From: an uncultured delta proteobacterium
GTDB lineage: Bacteria; Desulfobacterota; Syntrophia; Syntrophales; UBA5619
DNA: 64,000 nucleotides
Assembly (NCBI GenBank): GCA_963817385.1
Contig: CAWFOM010000004.1
Coordinates: 27,691 to 91,690, forward strand
Direction: 5' to 3'
Part shown: positions 32,100 to 40,897 of the stretch, piece after piece
Layout: each line of letters opens with the position of its first letter
Position numbering within the stretch: the first letter of the stretch is position 1
The notes under the pieces: generated by a model
Told to the model about the DNA's origin: nothing
Seen by the model: only the letters and a program-made list of their open reading frames with translations
Databases searched by the model: none
Made by a program: the position numbers and the translations under genes

Positions 32100-32131
32100 G
32101 CAGGGGCGCAGACATCTGTGCCCCTGCTTTT
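32100..32131 (+). terminator. Intrinsic terminator after tctC2
   Basis: GCAGGGGCGCAGA-CA-TCTGTGCCCCTGC followed by TTTT. Confidence 0.65.
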
Positions 32132-32200
32132 GATAAGCGGCGCTGACGTGCGAGAGAGCTGATGGCCCATGCCCCATAAATGATCGATGAGGAGTTGTAG

Positions 32201-32737
32201 ATGAAAGTAATCGGAGTTCATATGGAGCGCTGCACGGGTTGCAAGACCTGTGAGCTGTACTGCGGAGCGGAGCGGGGGAGCGAGGCAAAGACGCTGCTTG
32301 CGGCGGTCCGGGAGACCCCGGCGCCCCAGCCGCGGGTGCGGGTGGAGGGGGGGCGGGAGGCCTGTTTTCCCCTGCAGTGCCGCCACTGCCTGCAGGCGCC
32401 GTGCCTCGACGCCTGCCTGACCGGGGCGCTGATCCGTGATCCCGCAAGCGGGATGGTGATCATCCGGGAGGATCTCTGTATCGGGTGCTGGACCTGTACG
32501 GCCTTTTGCCCCTACGGGGTGATCAGCCCCTCCCCGGAGCGGAAGATCGCGATCAAGTGCGACCGGTGCCTGTACATGGAGAAGCCGGTCTGCGTCGACG
32601 TCTGTCCGACGAAGGCGCTGGAGGTGGTCGAGATCGAGGCTCTCGAAGAGCTGCTCCGGGAGAAGCGGCGCAAAACCGCGCACGGGATGGCGGCGGCCGG
32701 GGGCGTTGGGTTGAGTCTTCTGGACCTGGGAAGATAA
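32201..32737 (+). CDS. cooF: CooF-like 4Fe-4S dicluster electron-transfer protein
   Basis: CTGCKTCELYC, CRHC..APC..AC, CIGCWTC..FCP, KCDRC...PVC..VCP. Confidence 0.85.
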   Translation: MKVIGVHMERCTGCKTCELYCGAERGSEAKTLLAAVRETPAPQPRVRVEGGREACFPLQCRHCLQAPCLDACLTGALIRDPASGMVIIREDLCIGCWTCTAFCPYGVISPSPERKIAIKCDRCLYMEKPVCVDVCPTKALEVVEIEALEELLREKRRKTAHGMAAAGGVGLSLLDLGR

Positions 32738-32780
32738 ACGAGCATACTAAAATCGAATAGTCGGGGAGTTAAAGAAGCTT

Positions 32781-34231
32781 ATGGAAACGATTCATTTCAA
32801 GACGGTGGACCCGGTGAGCCAGGATCTGCTCCGCGGGGCGTCTCAGAAGGGGCTTTCTCTCAACTGGGAGAGGTATGAAAAACAGCAGCCGCAGGACGGT
32901 TTTCTGCGCCTGGGGCTCTCGTGCCCGTACGGGTGCATGCAGGGACCCTGCCGGATCGATCCGTACGGACGGGGAGCGGACCGGGGGATCTGCGGGCTGG
33001 ACCGGGACTCGATGGCCGCGGCGTTCCTGCTTCGCCTGACGCTCCAGGGGGTGCTGGAGACGATGCAGGCCTATCCGGCGGGTGACGGGGAGATCGCCTG
33101 GCCGGCGCCGCTCGACAAACCGGCTGCGGCGGCCCTGGCGGCAGCCGGCGGGGGGCCTCTCTCCACCGGGGAGATAGCGGCGAGCGCGGTCATGCTGGCG
33201 CGACCTTCGGCGACCCCGGAGGAGCTGGTCCGTCAGGCCGTCCGGCTGGGTCTTCTCGGGATCGGCATCGCGGAAGCGGGCAGGAAATCGGGACAACCCA
33301 CCGGGTCCCGGGGGTGCCGGGTGGGTTACGGGCTCCTCGCCGGAGAGGCGATCACGATCGGCCTGGCCGGTCGGGTTCCGGCGGCGCAGGTTGAGGCGCT
33401 CCTGAAGGCGGGCGGGAAGAAGCCGGACGTGCGGCTGGTATCGCTCGGGGAGTGGCTCCCCGCCGGGGAGGGGTTTCTTCCCATCGTCTGCACGTCGGGC
33501 GAGGCGGAGACCGTCCTGAGCTCAGGGAAGATTAACCTCCTTCTGGTGGGTTCCCAGTGCGATCCGGGCGTCCCGGCCCTCTGCGCGCGGATGAAGGTCC
33601 CGGTGCTCATGAGCTCCGGCAACCCCGCTGCGGCGGCGGTTCTCAAGCAGGCCCGGGCGGCGTTCGAAGGCCGGGGTCCCTCATCCTTCTCCCCCGATGC
33701 ATGCCCTTATCGGGGAAGGACGCGTGAGCATCGGCGAGCGCGAGGTCCAGGCGGCCCTGAAGGACGGCCCATCGGCGAAGATCGCCCTGATCGGCGGCGC
33801 GGACACCCTCCTGCAGTCTCTCGGCCACCTTCCCGTGGAGCTGGCCAAGGCGCTCCGCGGCGAGTCGGTTGCCGTCGCCTCCTGGGGCGATGCCGCCCTC
33901 TGGATGCTCAAAGAGGAGCTTCCCGTCGGGATCCTGGAGGCCGAAGAAGGGCCGATGACCGCGGTCAGGACACTGACGAAGGCCGGAAAGCTTTCGGCAG
34001 ATCAAGGGAATCTGCTTCACGGGTCTCAGGGACTGCCGGGAGTTCACGCGGGCCCTGGGGCTCGCCGCACTGGGGCTGAAGGTTGCTCTCGCCGTGCCGA
34101 TTCCCCTCTGGGGGAGCGAGAAGGTCCGCACGGCGCTTCGGGAGAGCCTGGCGGCCGCGGGCGGGATCCTGTCCCATTTTGACCACCCGGCCCAGGGGGA
34201 AGAGCTCCTGGAGTGGTTCCTCCGGGCGTGA
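32781..34231 (+). CDS. Shortened, degenerate CO dehydrogenase (CooS/prismane fold) homologue; frameshifts ~33700 and ~34000
   Basis: WERYEKQQPQ.GF...GLSC..GCMQGPCRI..GICG N-terminus; C-terminus ALGLAALGLKVALAVPIPLWGSEKV resembles the CooS tail; ~480 aa in total. Confidence 0.8.
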
Positions 34232-34237
34232 GGAAAG

Positions 34238-35503
34238 ATGAGGAGCAACTCCATGGAATGTATCATCGTTGGCGGCGGGGCCGCCGGTTTTCAGGCCGCC
34301 GCGACCTGCCGGGCGATATGGCCCGAGCGGGCCGTGACCCTGATCGACGCCGAGAGTGAATGCGGGTATTACCGGGCGCTCCTGCCCCAGTTCATGGCGG
34401 GGGCGCTTCCGGAAGAGAAACTCTTCTTCCGGCGGGAGGGGAATGACCCGCTCCTGAAAGTACGAACCGGCGTCCGGGTGAAGAAGCTGGATCGGAGCGG
34501 CTCCCGGCTCATGTTGGCCGATGGGGAGGAGATCCCCTACGACCGCCTGATCCTCGCCCACGGCGGGGATCCTTACCTGCCCGGCATCCTCGCCGGTCCG
34601 CCGGCGAAGGGGATCTTTCCGGTCCGCGACCTGACGACGGCGCGGGCGGCGAAGGCGTGGCTTGCCGATCACCGGCAGGTGATCGTCTTCGGCGGCTCGC
34701 TCGTCGGGGTGAAGACGGCGGTTCATTTGCGTCAGGCGGGGTTCGAGGTCTCGCTGATCGTCAGGCGGGGCCATATTCTCCTGCGCGCCCTCTCTCCGGA
34801 AGCGGCTCAGGTCGTCGAGGCGCACCTGAAGGATTTGGGGGTTCGCCTGGTAGTCGACGCGCCCCTGGAGGATATCCGCATCGAGCGGGGAGCGATCGCG
34901 GCCCTGAAGGCGGGGGATCAGTGGATAGCCTGCGACACCCTGATCGTGGCGGCCGGAACCGCGCCGGACACGGCGTTTCTGGAGGGGACGGGCCTTCTGA
35001 CGGAGGGAGAGCTCGTCGTTTCCCCGGCCTTGCAGACGGCCGATCCGCGGATCTTCGCCGCGGGCGATGTGGCCGTGATAGCCGGTGCGGGCGGGGAGAA
35101 GATCAGCCCGAACACCTGGCCGCAGGCGGTCTCGCAGGGGAGGACGGCGGCGGAGAATCTCTACCGGCAGACGCCCCTGCCCCATCGCGACCGGACACGG
35201 ATCAATGCGATGGAGCTCCACGGGCTCGCCATGGTCATCCTCGGCCCCCCGGTTGACGGGACGGAGGTGATCTCGTATGCGAGACCCGAGGAGCGTATCC
35301 GGCGCGAGCTCTTCCTCCGGGGAGGAAAGCCGGTGGGAGGCGCCTTGATCGGCGACATCTCGGCCGCCGGGACGCTCCGCGCCCTGATCAACGCCGGGCG
35401 GGAGATCACCCCCGGGGACGCCGCGCTCCTCAAGCCCCTGACGAGGAGCGTCATCCGTTTCCCTGAACACGCGGGCCGCAGGCAGGCCCTGATTCTTTCC
35501 TAA
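34238..35503 (+). CDS. FAD/NAD(P)-dependent oxidoreductase (NirB/rubredoxin reductase-like)
   Basis: GGGAAG, YDRLILA, GGSLVG, FAAGDVA, W..AV.QG. Confidence 0.9.
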   Translation: MRSNSMECIIVGGGAAGFQAAATCRAIWPERAVTLIDAESECGYYRALLPQFMAGALPEEKLFFRREGNDPLLKVRTGVRVKKLDRSGSRLMLADGEEIPYDRLILAHGGDPYLPGILAGPPAKGIFPVRDLTTARAAKAWLADHRQVIVFGGSLVGVKTAVHLRQAGFEVSLIVRRGHILLRALSPEAAQVVEAHLKDLGVRLVVDAPLEDIRIERGAIAALKAGDQWIACDTLIVAAGTAPDTAFLEGTGLLTEGELVVSPALQTADPRIFAAGDVAVIAGAGGEKISPNTWPQAVSQGRTAAENLYRQTPLPHRDRTRINAMELHGLAMVILGPPVDGTEVISYARPEERIRRELFLRGGKPVGGALIGDISAAGTLRALINAGREITPGDAALLKPLTRSVIRFPEHAGRRQALILS

Positions 35504-35518
35504 TATGAGGTTACGTCT

Positions 35519-36244
35519 ATGATCATTCTTGAAGAGATCTGTATCGGGTGCGGTTGCTGCCAATCCTGCTGTCCCACCGCTGCGATCAAATATAAAGGAC
35601 TCAAGAGCGCAATCGACCAGGATGTCTGCTACGAATGCGGCACCTGCCTGCGGACCGCGCACTGTCCCGTCGACGCCATCGCGGAATCCCCCGACGTCTA
35701 TGAATATCCCCGGGCGATTCGCAAGTACTTCAGCGACCCGAAATCGATGCACGCGGTCACCGGCATCCAGGGCCGGGGAACCGAGGAGTCCAAGACGAAC
35801 GATGTCACCCTGCGAGTCGGTCCCGGCGAGGTCGGCGTCGCCATCGAGGTCGGCCGGCCCACGGTCGGCATGTCGCTTCTGGATGTCCAGAAGATCTCCC
35901 GGGCGATTGCCCGGACCGGCGTCCACAAGATCGAACCGAACAATCCGATCCACTCCATGATCGCCGACGAGGCTACGGGGGATCTCAAGCCGGAGTTGCT
36001 CGGGGAACGGGTGCTCTCGGCGATCATCGAGTTCACGGTGAAACGGGATCAGCTTCGCGGCGTCCTCCGGACCCTCAAGGAGGTCGCCAAAGAGGTGGAC
36101 AGCGTCTTCTGCATCGACGCCTGCACCCTCCTCGAACCGGGGCTCACCATCCCGGAGGAGGTCCTGGAGAGCATCCGGGCGGAGGGGTTAACCTGGCGGC
36201 CGAATGCCAAGGTCAACATGGGCCTCGGACGGGCCTGGGATTGA
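35519..36244 (+). CDS. 4Fe-4S ferredoxin-domain protein of unknown function
   Basis: CIGCGCC..CCP and CYECGTC..HCP, followed by a GRGTEESKTNDVT domain. Confidence 0.8.
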   Translation: MIILEEICIGCGCCQSCCPTAAIKYKGLKSAIDQDVCYECGTCLRTAHCPVDAIAESPDVYEYPRAIRKYFSDPKSMHAVTGIQGRGTEESKTNDVTLRVGPGEVGVAIEVGRPTVGMSLLDVQKISRAIARTGVHKIEPNNPIHSMIADEATGDLKPELLGERVLSAIIEFTVKRDQLRGVLRTLKEVAKEVDSVFCIDACTLLEPGLTIPEEVLESIRAEGLTWRPNAKVNMGLGRAWD

Positions 36245-36245
36245 G

Positions 36246-36378
36246 GATGACGGCTTCGGAAAAAGATCCCTATGCGGCGTTGCGCTGCATCCTTCGTCAC
36301 TGCGGCGTACGAAAAAGTACGCCTCATTCCTTCAGGATTTGCGCGCCTTGCCTCCGGACCTTTTTGCGAAGCCGTTTC
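36246..36378. mobile_element. MITE-like non-coding element (~130 bp) with terminal inverted repeats
   Basis: GACGGCTTCGGAAAAAGATCC at left versus GGACCTTTTTGCGAAGCCGTT at right; internal GGCGTAC...GTACGCC hairpin. Confidence 0.7.
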
Positions 36379-36416
36379 GAAAATGTATTTATTACGAGTA
36401 TATCAAGGATGAAATC

Positions 36417-37064
36417 ATGACGCATAGTTTGCATAGGGAAGGCAGCCGGGAATCGCTGGAGAAGGATTATGTCCTGTTCACTTTTCCGGCGAGGGGATAC
36501 AACTACACGGGGAGTGCCGCGAAGGTGCGCCATCTCGCAGAGCTGGGCTACCAGTCCGGCCCGGCTAACATGCTTGAGTCGAAGCTCCGTCGCAACATGT
36601 ACGACATCACCCCTCAGGAGATCATCGATAGCATCACGGTCGACGGGACACGCATCTACTTCGTCTTCGGCAGCCGGGAGAAGGTCAAGGAGGTACTGCG
36701 CAAGTTCAAGGAGGCGGACGAGGGGATCTCCATCGTGGTCAGCGGCCTCACCGACCGCATCCGGGAGATCGTCGCGGAAACCGGCATCACCCCCCACACG
36801 ATCAACCTTTCCCTCGGGATCCATGGACGGACGGACCGCCTGCCAACGGCCGACATCCGCGAGTTCACGACGATGTGCGGCCACGGCGTCGTTTCGCCTC
36901 TCAGGGTCCGGGACATCATCCGAAGGGTCAAGACGGGCAAGGTCACCGAATGGGACGGAAGCTTGATCCTTGCGGAGCCGTGCGTCTGCGGATTCTATAA
37001 TCCGCACCGTTCTGCGGAGCTGCTCCGGGAAAAAGCGCCTCTCTACACGGTCGACCGCTGGTAG
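36417..37064 (+). CDS. Conserved-looking hypothetical protein (Cys/His motifs)
   Basis: MTHSLHR.G, SIVVSGL, TMCGHG, CVCGFYN. Confidence 0.75.
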   Translation: MTHSLHREGSRESLEKDYVLFTFPARGYNYTGSAAKVRHLAELGYQSGPANMLESKLRRNMYDITPQEIIDSITVDGTRIYFVFGSREKVKEVLRKFKEADEGISIVVSGLTDRIREIVAETGITPHTINLSLGIHGRTDRLPTADIREFTTMCGHGVVSPLRVRDIIRRVKTGKVTEWDGSLILAEPCVCGFYNPHRSAELLREKAPLYTVDRW

Positions 37065-37137
37065 CGGCGAGAAGGAAAAAATGGAACGAGGTTTCAGCGG
37101 CGCCGGCTTCGGCTGTCGCTCGGGATGAAATCTCCCG

Positions 37138-37320
37138 TTAGTCGATCGCCAATTTACCGGCTTTCCCGCGATTTTCCTTTTTCCCCTCGTGAATGAAAAT
37201 AGTTACTGTTTGCGGCTCGACATTGAAATTTTTGCAAACGGCTTCGGTGACATCCTTAACAAAGCCTCGCTTCTGTTCAACGGTTCTTCCCTCATCTACT
37301 TCAACGATAACGGTCGGCAT
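37138..37320 (-). CDS. 4-oxalocrotonate tautomerase family protein
   Basis: N-terminal Pro, GRTVEQKR, 60 aa. Confidence 0.9.
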   Translation of the reverse strand: MPTVIVEVDEGRTVEQKRGFVKDVTEAVCKNFNVEPQTVTIFIHEGKKENRGKAGKLAID

Positions 37321-37394
37321 AGGGGTGATCCTCCTGTTTGTCTTTGAAGCAATTCTAAATCATATCCCCCAGCAAGGCAATGGATAATCATGAT

Positions 37395-37580
37395 TTATTT
37401 TTTATAATGAATTGCCTCAACGGGACATGCTTCCGCTGCCTCGATTATTTTGGCATCCAGGGACAGGTTGGCTCCGTTTTTGACCGAGGCGATATCACCC
37501 TCGAGTTCAAATACGTCGGGACAGATTTCCACACAGGTTCCACACGCAATACAGGTATCATCAACCGATACATTCGTCAT
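37395..37580 (-). CDS. Small single-cluster ferredoxin
   Basis: CIACGTC..ICPDVF...ACPVEAI. Confidence 0.92.
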   Translation of the reverse strand: MTNVSVDDTCIACGTCVEICPDVFELEGDIASVKNGANLSLDAKIIEAAEACPVEAIHYKK

Positions 37581-37616
37581 GTTGACCTTCCTTAGGCTGG
37601 TCGATTTTATTGAATT

Positions 37617-37964
37617 CTATCTGAATAGTGCAATCACGAGCACCACGAACGAAATTACCGCGCCCAGTCCGTGAGCAGCAATCAGCATAGTGGGCTGCCT
37701 TTTTTTCATCAGGTGAAGTGAAAAAAGGGTGAAGCCGCCAACGGCGACAATGAAAAACAACAGCAGCGAGACGTTCATCAATGTGTTCATCCTGCTCTGA
37801 ACAACGTTCAGGATCAACGTAACAAGTCCCGCCGCTGCAAAGATCCCGTGACCGAGCGCCAGCGGCATGGGCATTTCCTTCCCCATGAACTTCATACCGG
37901 CCAGCGTCAAACCACCGAGTGCGGCAATCGCGAACAATCCAACAGGCAGATATTCCATGATCAT
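37617..37964 (-). CDS. Small 4-TM membrane protein with two His-Gly motifs
   Basis: Hydrophobic; LGHGIFA and AAHGLGA pseudo-repeat; AGGAGG RBS. Confidence 0.75.
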   Translation of the reverse strand: MIMEYLPVGLFAIAALGGLTLAGMKFMGKEMPMPLALGHGIFAAAGLVTLILNVVQSRMNTLMNVSLLLFFIVAVGGFTLFSLHLMKKRQPTMLIAAHGLGAVISFVVLVIALFR

Positions 37965-38240
37965 CCTCCTTTACCTTTCGTATATTCTTTGGCAAAATTC
38001 AGTCGTACAAACAGCTTATGAGAGGTCATATCGGTACAAATAAAATGTACTAATCACGAGACCAAAGCAATCATGATCGATAGTAAGTTGATTGGCAGGT
38101 AATAACTACGAAAAGCATCAGATCACAAAAACACTTTTCCGCACGGGCCTAATCTGAGACGATGGGAATGATCCTCCACATGCCCTGAAGAACATGCTCG
38201 GGCCGGGCGGGGGAGGTGGCGATAAAATGAGCCCCTTTGC

Positions 38241-39830
38241 CTATACGCCGTCCGTTTCCGGGGAGGTATTGCCGTTGCCGATTTCCAGGATACGGTCCAC
38301 ATTGAAGGTCCTCATCTCTCGCCGCTGCAGGCACAGCGCCTGCAGACCGAGAAAGGAATGGCCCTTGTAGTCCATCTCGCCGAGATGAAAAGGGACAATC
38401 GACCGACGGGACTTTTCGTCCTTGGCCTTCAGGTAGAGGATCTCCAGGGTTTGCCGGCTGCCGATCGCCGCCTCGATGAGCCGGATCTTCTCTTCTCTGG
38501 GGCAAACCCCTGTGGCCTGGGCATACTGAAAGCTGGTCAGAAACTTCACCACCTGCCAATCCAGCAACAGATGGCTCCTCTTCAGGGGTTTTTTGAGGAC
38601 GATCCCCTCCAGGGTTCGGCAGCGTGACAGCGCCACGTACATCTGCCCGTGGGCGAAAGTGCCCCGCCCCACATCGATCACCGCCTTCTCGAAGGTCTTC
38701 CCCTGGCTCTTGTGGATCGTGACGGCAAAGGCGAGGCGGACGGGAAAATGGGTGAAAGAACCGGCGACCTCTGAGGCAAGCTCTCCGTCTTTCAGAAAGA
38801 ACCGGTAGATCTCCCACCGGTGGGGGGTGATGGTAACCGGCTCGCCCGTATCCAGGTCTGCCGCGATAAGCTCCCGACCCTCTTCGTCTTGGACGAAGCC
38901 CGTCACCCTGCCGATCGTCCCGTTGATCCAGCGCCCGGAGGCGTCATTGTTGAGCAGCATGATCTGGGCACCCCGCTTCAGCCGGAGCTCCACCGCCGTG
39001 GGCAGATACTCGGTCCCGAAGTCGCCCTCGATAACGCCCAGCGACGTCCAGACCTTACCCTTCAATTGGGCCAGTCGCCCCTCGTTTATTTCGCCTGCCA
39101 GGTCGTTGGTGCTCGTCAGATGGATGTAATGGTCTTTGGGGGGAGGCTCGAATGCAGGATCGTAGCGCCGGTTGAGTGCGGCGACGTCTTCCTCCGTCGC
39201 CGTCCGGTTGCGGATGGCGTTAAGGAGCCGGATGAACTCACCGTCCTTCTGGCGGTAGACCCGCTCCAGTTCGATCAGGACCATGTTCAATCCCTCCATT
39301 GCCCTGGCGCTGAAAAAATACGGCGTGCCGTAGTGGCCGCGGAAGAGGGACTTCTGCTCGCCCTTCACAACAGGCGGGAGCTGGTAGAGATCGCCGATTA
39401 GGATCATCTGGACACCCCCGAAGGGGAGGGTAGGGTCGGGACCGTTCAGGCGCAGGAACTTGTCGATGCAGTCCAAAAGGTCGGCCCGAACCATGGAGAC
39501 CTCGTCGACCACGATGGTCGTGAGCCTCTTGTAGAGGTTCTTCTTTTCATCCCGGCCCTTCCTCCGGATGCCGCCGGGGGTCACGTCGGGCTTGAAGCCG
39601 AAGAAGGAATGGATCGTCTGGCCGCCCACGTTGACCGCCGCCACCCCCGTCGGGGTCAGGACAACCACGTTCTTGCGGGTTGTCCTGCGGAAGTGGGTCA
39701 GGAGGGTGGACTTCCCTGTCCCTGCCCGTCCCGTGACAAAGACATGGCTGCAGGAGTTCTCCATCAGCTCCAGGGCTCGACAAAATTCCGGATTGAAATC
39801 GATTTCGGCCGGTCTGGATTGTTCAGTCAT
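38241..39830 (-). CDS. Pif1-family (SF1B) helicase with C-terminal WYL domain
   Basis: GRAGTGKS, PTGVAA, TIHSFF, DEVSM, GDLYQLPPV, TIHKSQG, YVALSR; tail Y..K...R.I.P...CLQRREMRTFNVDRI is WYL-like. Confidence 0.88.
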   Translation of the reverse strand: MTEQSRPAEIDFNPEFCRALELMENSCSHVFVTGRAGTGKSTLLTHFRRTTRKNVVVLTPTGVAAVNVGGQTIHSFFGFKPDVTPGGIRRKGRDEKKNLYKRLTTIVVDEVSMVRADLLDCIDKFLRLNGPDPTLPFGGVQMILIGDLYQLPPVVKGEQKSLFRGHYGTPYFFSARAMEGLNMVLIELERVYRQKDGEFIRLLNAIRNRTATEEDVAALNRRYDPAFEPPPKDHYIHLTSTNDLAGEINEGRLAQLKGKVWTSLGVIEGDFGTEYLPTAVELRLKRGAQIMLLNNDASGRWINGTIGRVTGFVQDEEGRELIAADLDTGEPVTITPHRWEIYRFFLKDGELASEVAGSFTHFPVRLAFAVTIHKSQGKTFEKAVIDVGRGTFAHGQMYVALSRCRTLEGIVLKKPLKRSHLLLDWQVVKFLTSFQYAQATGVCPREEKIRLIEAAIGSRQTLEILYLKAKDEKSRRSIVPFHLGEMDYKGHSFLGLQALCLQRREMRTFNVDRILEIGNGNTSPETDGV

Positions 39831-40220
39831 GGTTTGCCTTTGCCGTTGGCGCCGTTCTTCCTGGGGCGAAACAGGGCATCCAACGGACTTTTGGGCGCAC
39901 CGGTCATATCACGCATCACGTGGGTGTAAACCATCGTCGTTTCGACGTTCTTAATAGTAGAGCCTGATTGCGTCCCCTGCCTGCCTGATCTGCCAGTCGG
40001 AAATGTGGGGATCTGATTCAAGAGCTTCCAGAAATTCACTGACGCCGTTTTCCTGATATAACTCTGAAGATATTTGCTTTTTGCGAGCAAAATTGAAAAA
40101 TTTACTGGTCCACAATGCGTAAAAAAATACGTTCTTCTCGGGCGCCAGTTTCTTTTCCAGAAGGAACCTCTGAAACTCAGGAAGAATCTCGTTTGCTTTA
40201 GTAGTAGACGATTTTTCCAT
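39827..40220 (-). pseudogene. intI: Integron integrase with a large internal deletion
   Basis: N-terminal 89 aa (FYALWTSKF...DWQIRQAGDAIRLYY) fused out of frame at ~39953 to the C-terminal KNVETTMVYTHV...KSPLD; divergent from a cassette array. Confidence 0.85.
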
Positions 40221-40354
40221 ATTTTACGAAGTTCGCTTTTTATCTTTATTAACAGATTATACGAAATCGAATAAAGGCATACTACATTATAATTATAAAA
40301 TATTTTGCTTGCAATGAAAAATACGTTGTGTCACCTTTATATCTAAATTATCGG

Positions 40355-40386
40355 AAAAAGCGAAAATCGTATATTAATTGTTCGGC
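40355..40386 (+). other. Putative attI site
   Basis: Core GTTCGGC at 40380-40386 is exactly complementary to R'' GCCGAAC of the first attC; AT-rich region upstream of intI. Confidence 0.75.
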
Positions 40387-40400
40387 AGAATAGGAGCGCT

Positions 40401-40742
40401 ATGGCCAAATATCTGATCTCTTTCCCCAGCGCGGCTATGATTGTGCCGGACGGCGAGTGGGACGCGGTGGGCCGTGACGCGCACGCAGTGATCGACGAGG
40501 CGAAGGCCGCTGGCGTTTACGTCTTCGGCGGCGGCATCGACGAAGGCGTGCCGCCCGCTCTCGTCTCGGCCGACGGCAAGGTCGCCCAGGGAGGCTACCC
40601 GTGGGCGCCCCCACTTAACGGCGGCTTTACCGTGCTCGAATTGCCCTCACGCGAGGAGGCCGTCATGTGGGCCGCGCGCTTCGCGAAGGCCTGCCGTTGC
40701 GACCAAGAGCTACGCGTCTTCGGGTTCGACCCACAGTCCTGA
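40401..40742 (+). CDS. YCII/DGPF-related protein (cassette 1)
   Basis: AGVYVFGGG, GGFTVLELPSREEA..WA; high GC. Confidence 0.8.
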   Translation: MAKYLISFPSAAMIVPDGEWDAVGRDAHAVIDEAKAAGVYVFGGGIDEGVPPALVSADGKVAQGGYPWAPPLNGGFTVLELPSREEAVMWAARFAKACRCDQELRVFGFDPQS

Positions 40743-40783
40743 GTCGGTGTCGCTCAGTAGCCGACGTCCAATATGAAGAAAGA

Positions 40784-40882
40784 GCCGAACCAGTCGCTAG
40801 AGCCAACGACCCTGCTTGTCATGCCTCGTGCTGACGCACGAGTCACGCCAAGCAGGGTCGTGGCTCATCTGTGACGTTCTGC
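40784..40882 (+). other. attC site 1 (99 bp)
   Basis: GCCGAAC...GAGCCAACGACCCTGCTTG...CAAGCAGGGTCGTGGCTC...GTTCTGC. Confidence 0.9.
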
Positions 40883-40897
40883 AGATAGAGACACGCT

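Noticed and set aside
33965..35953. Long antisense or alternative-frame ORFs (also 8422-10383, 18046-19434, 20431-21657, 52993-54582)
   Set aside because: They are shadows of high-GC3 genes on the other strand, with no recognisable motifs
39947..39953. GTT next to the intI deletion junction as evidence that the integrase excised its own core
   Set aside because: The junction lies several bases away from the G/TT crossover point, and the GTT is simply part of the conserved KNV codons
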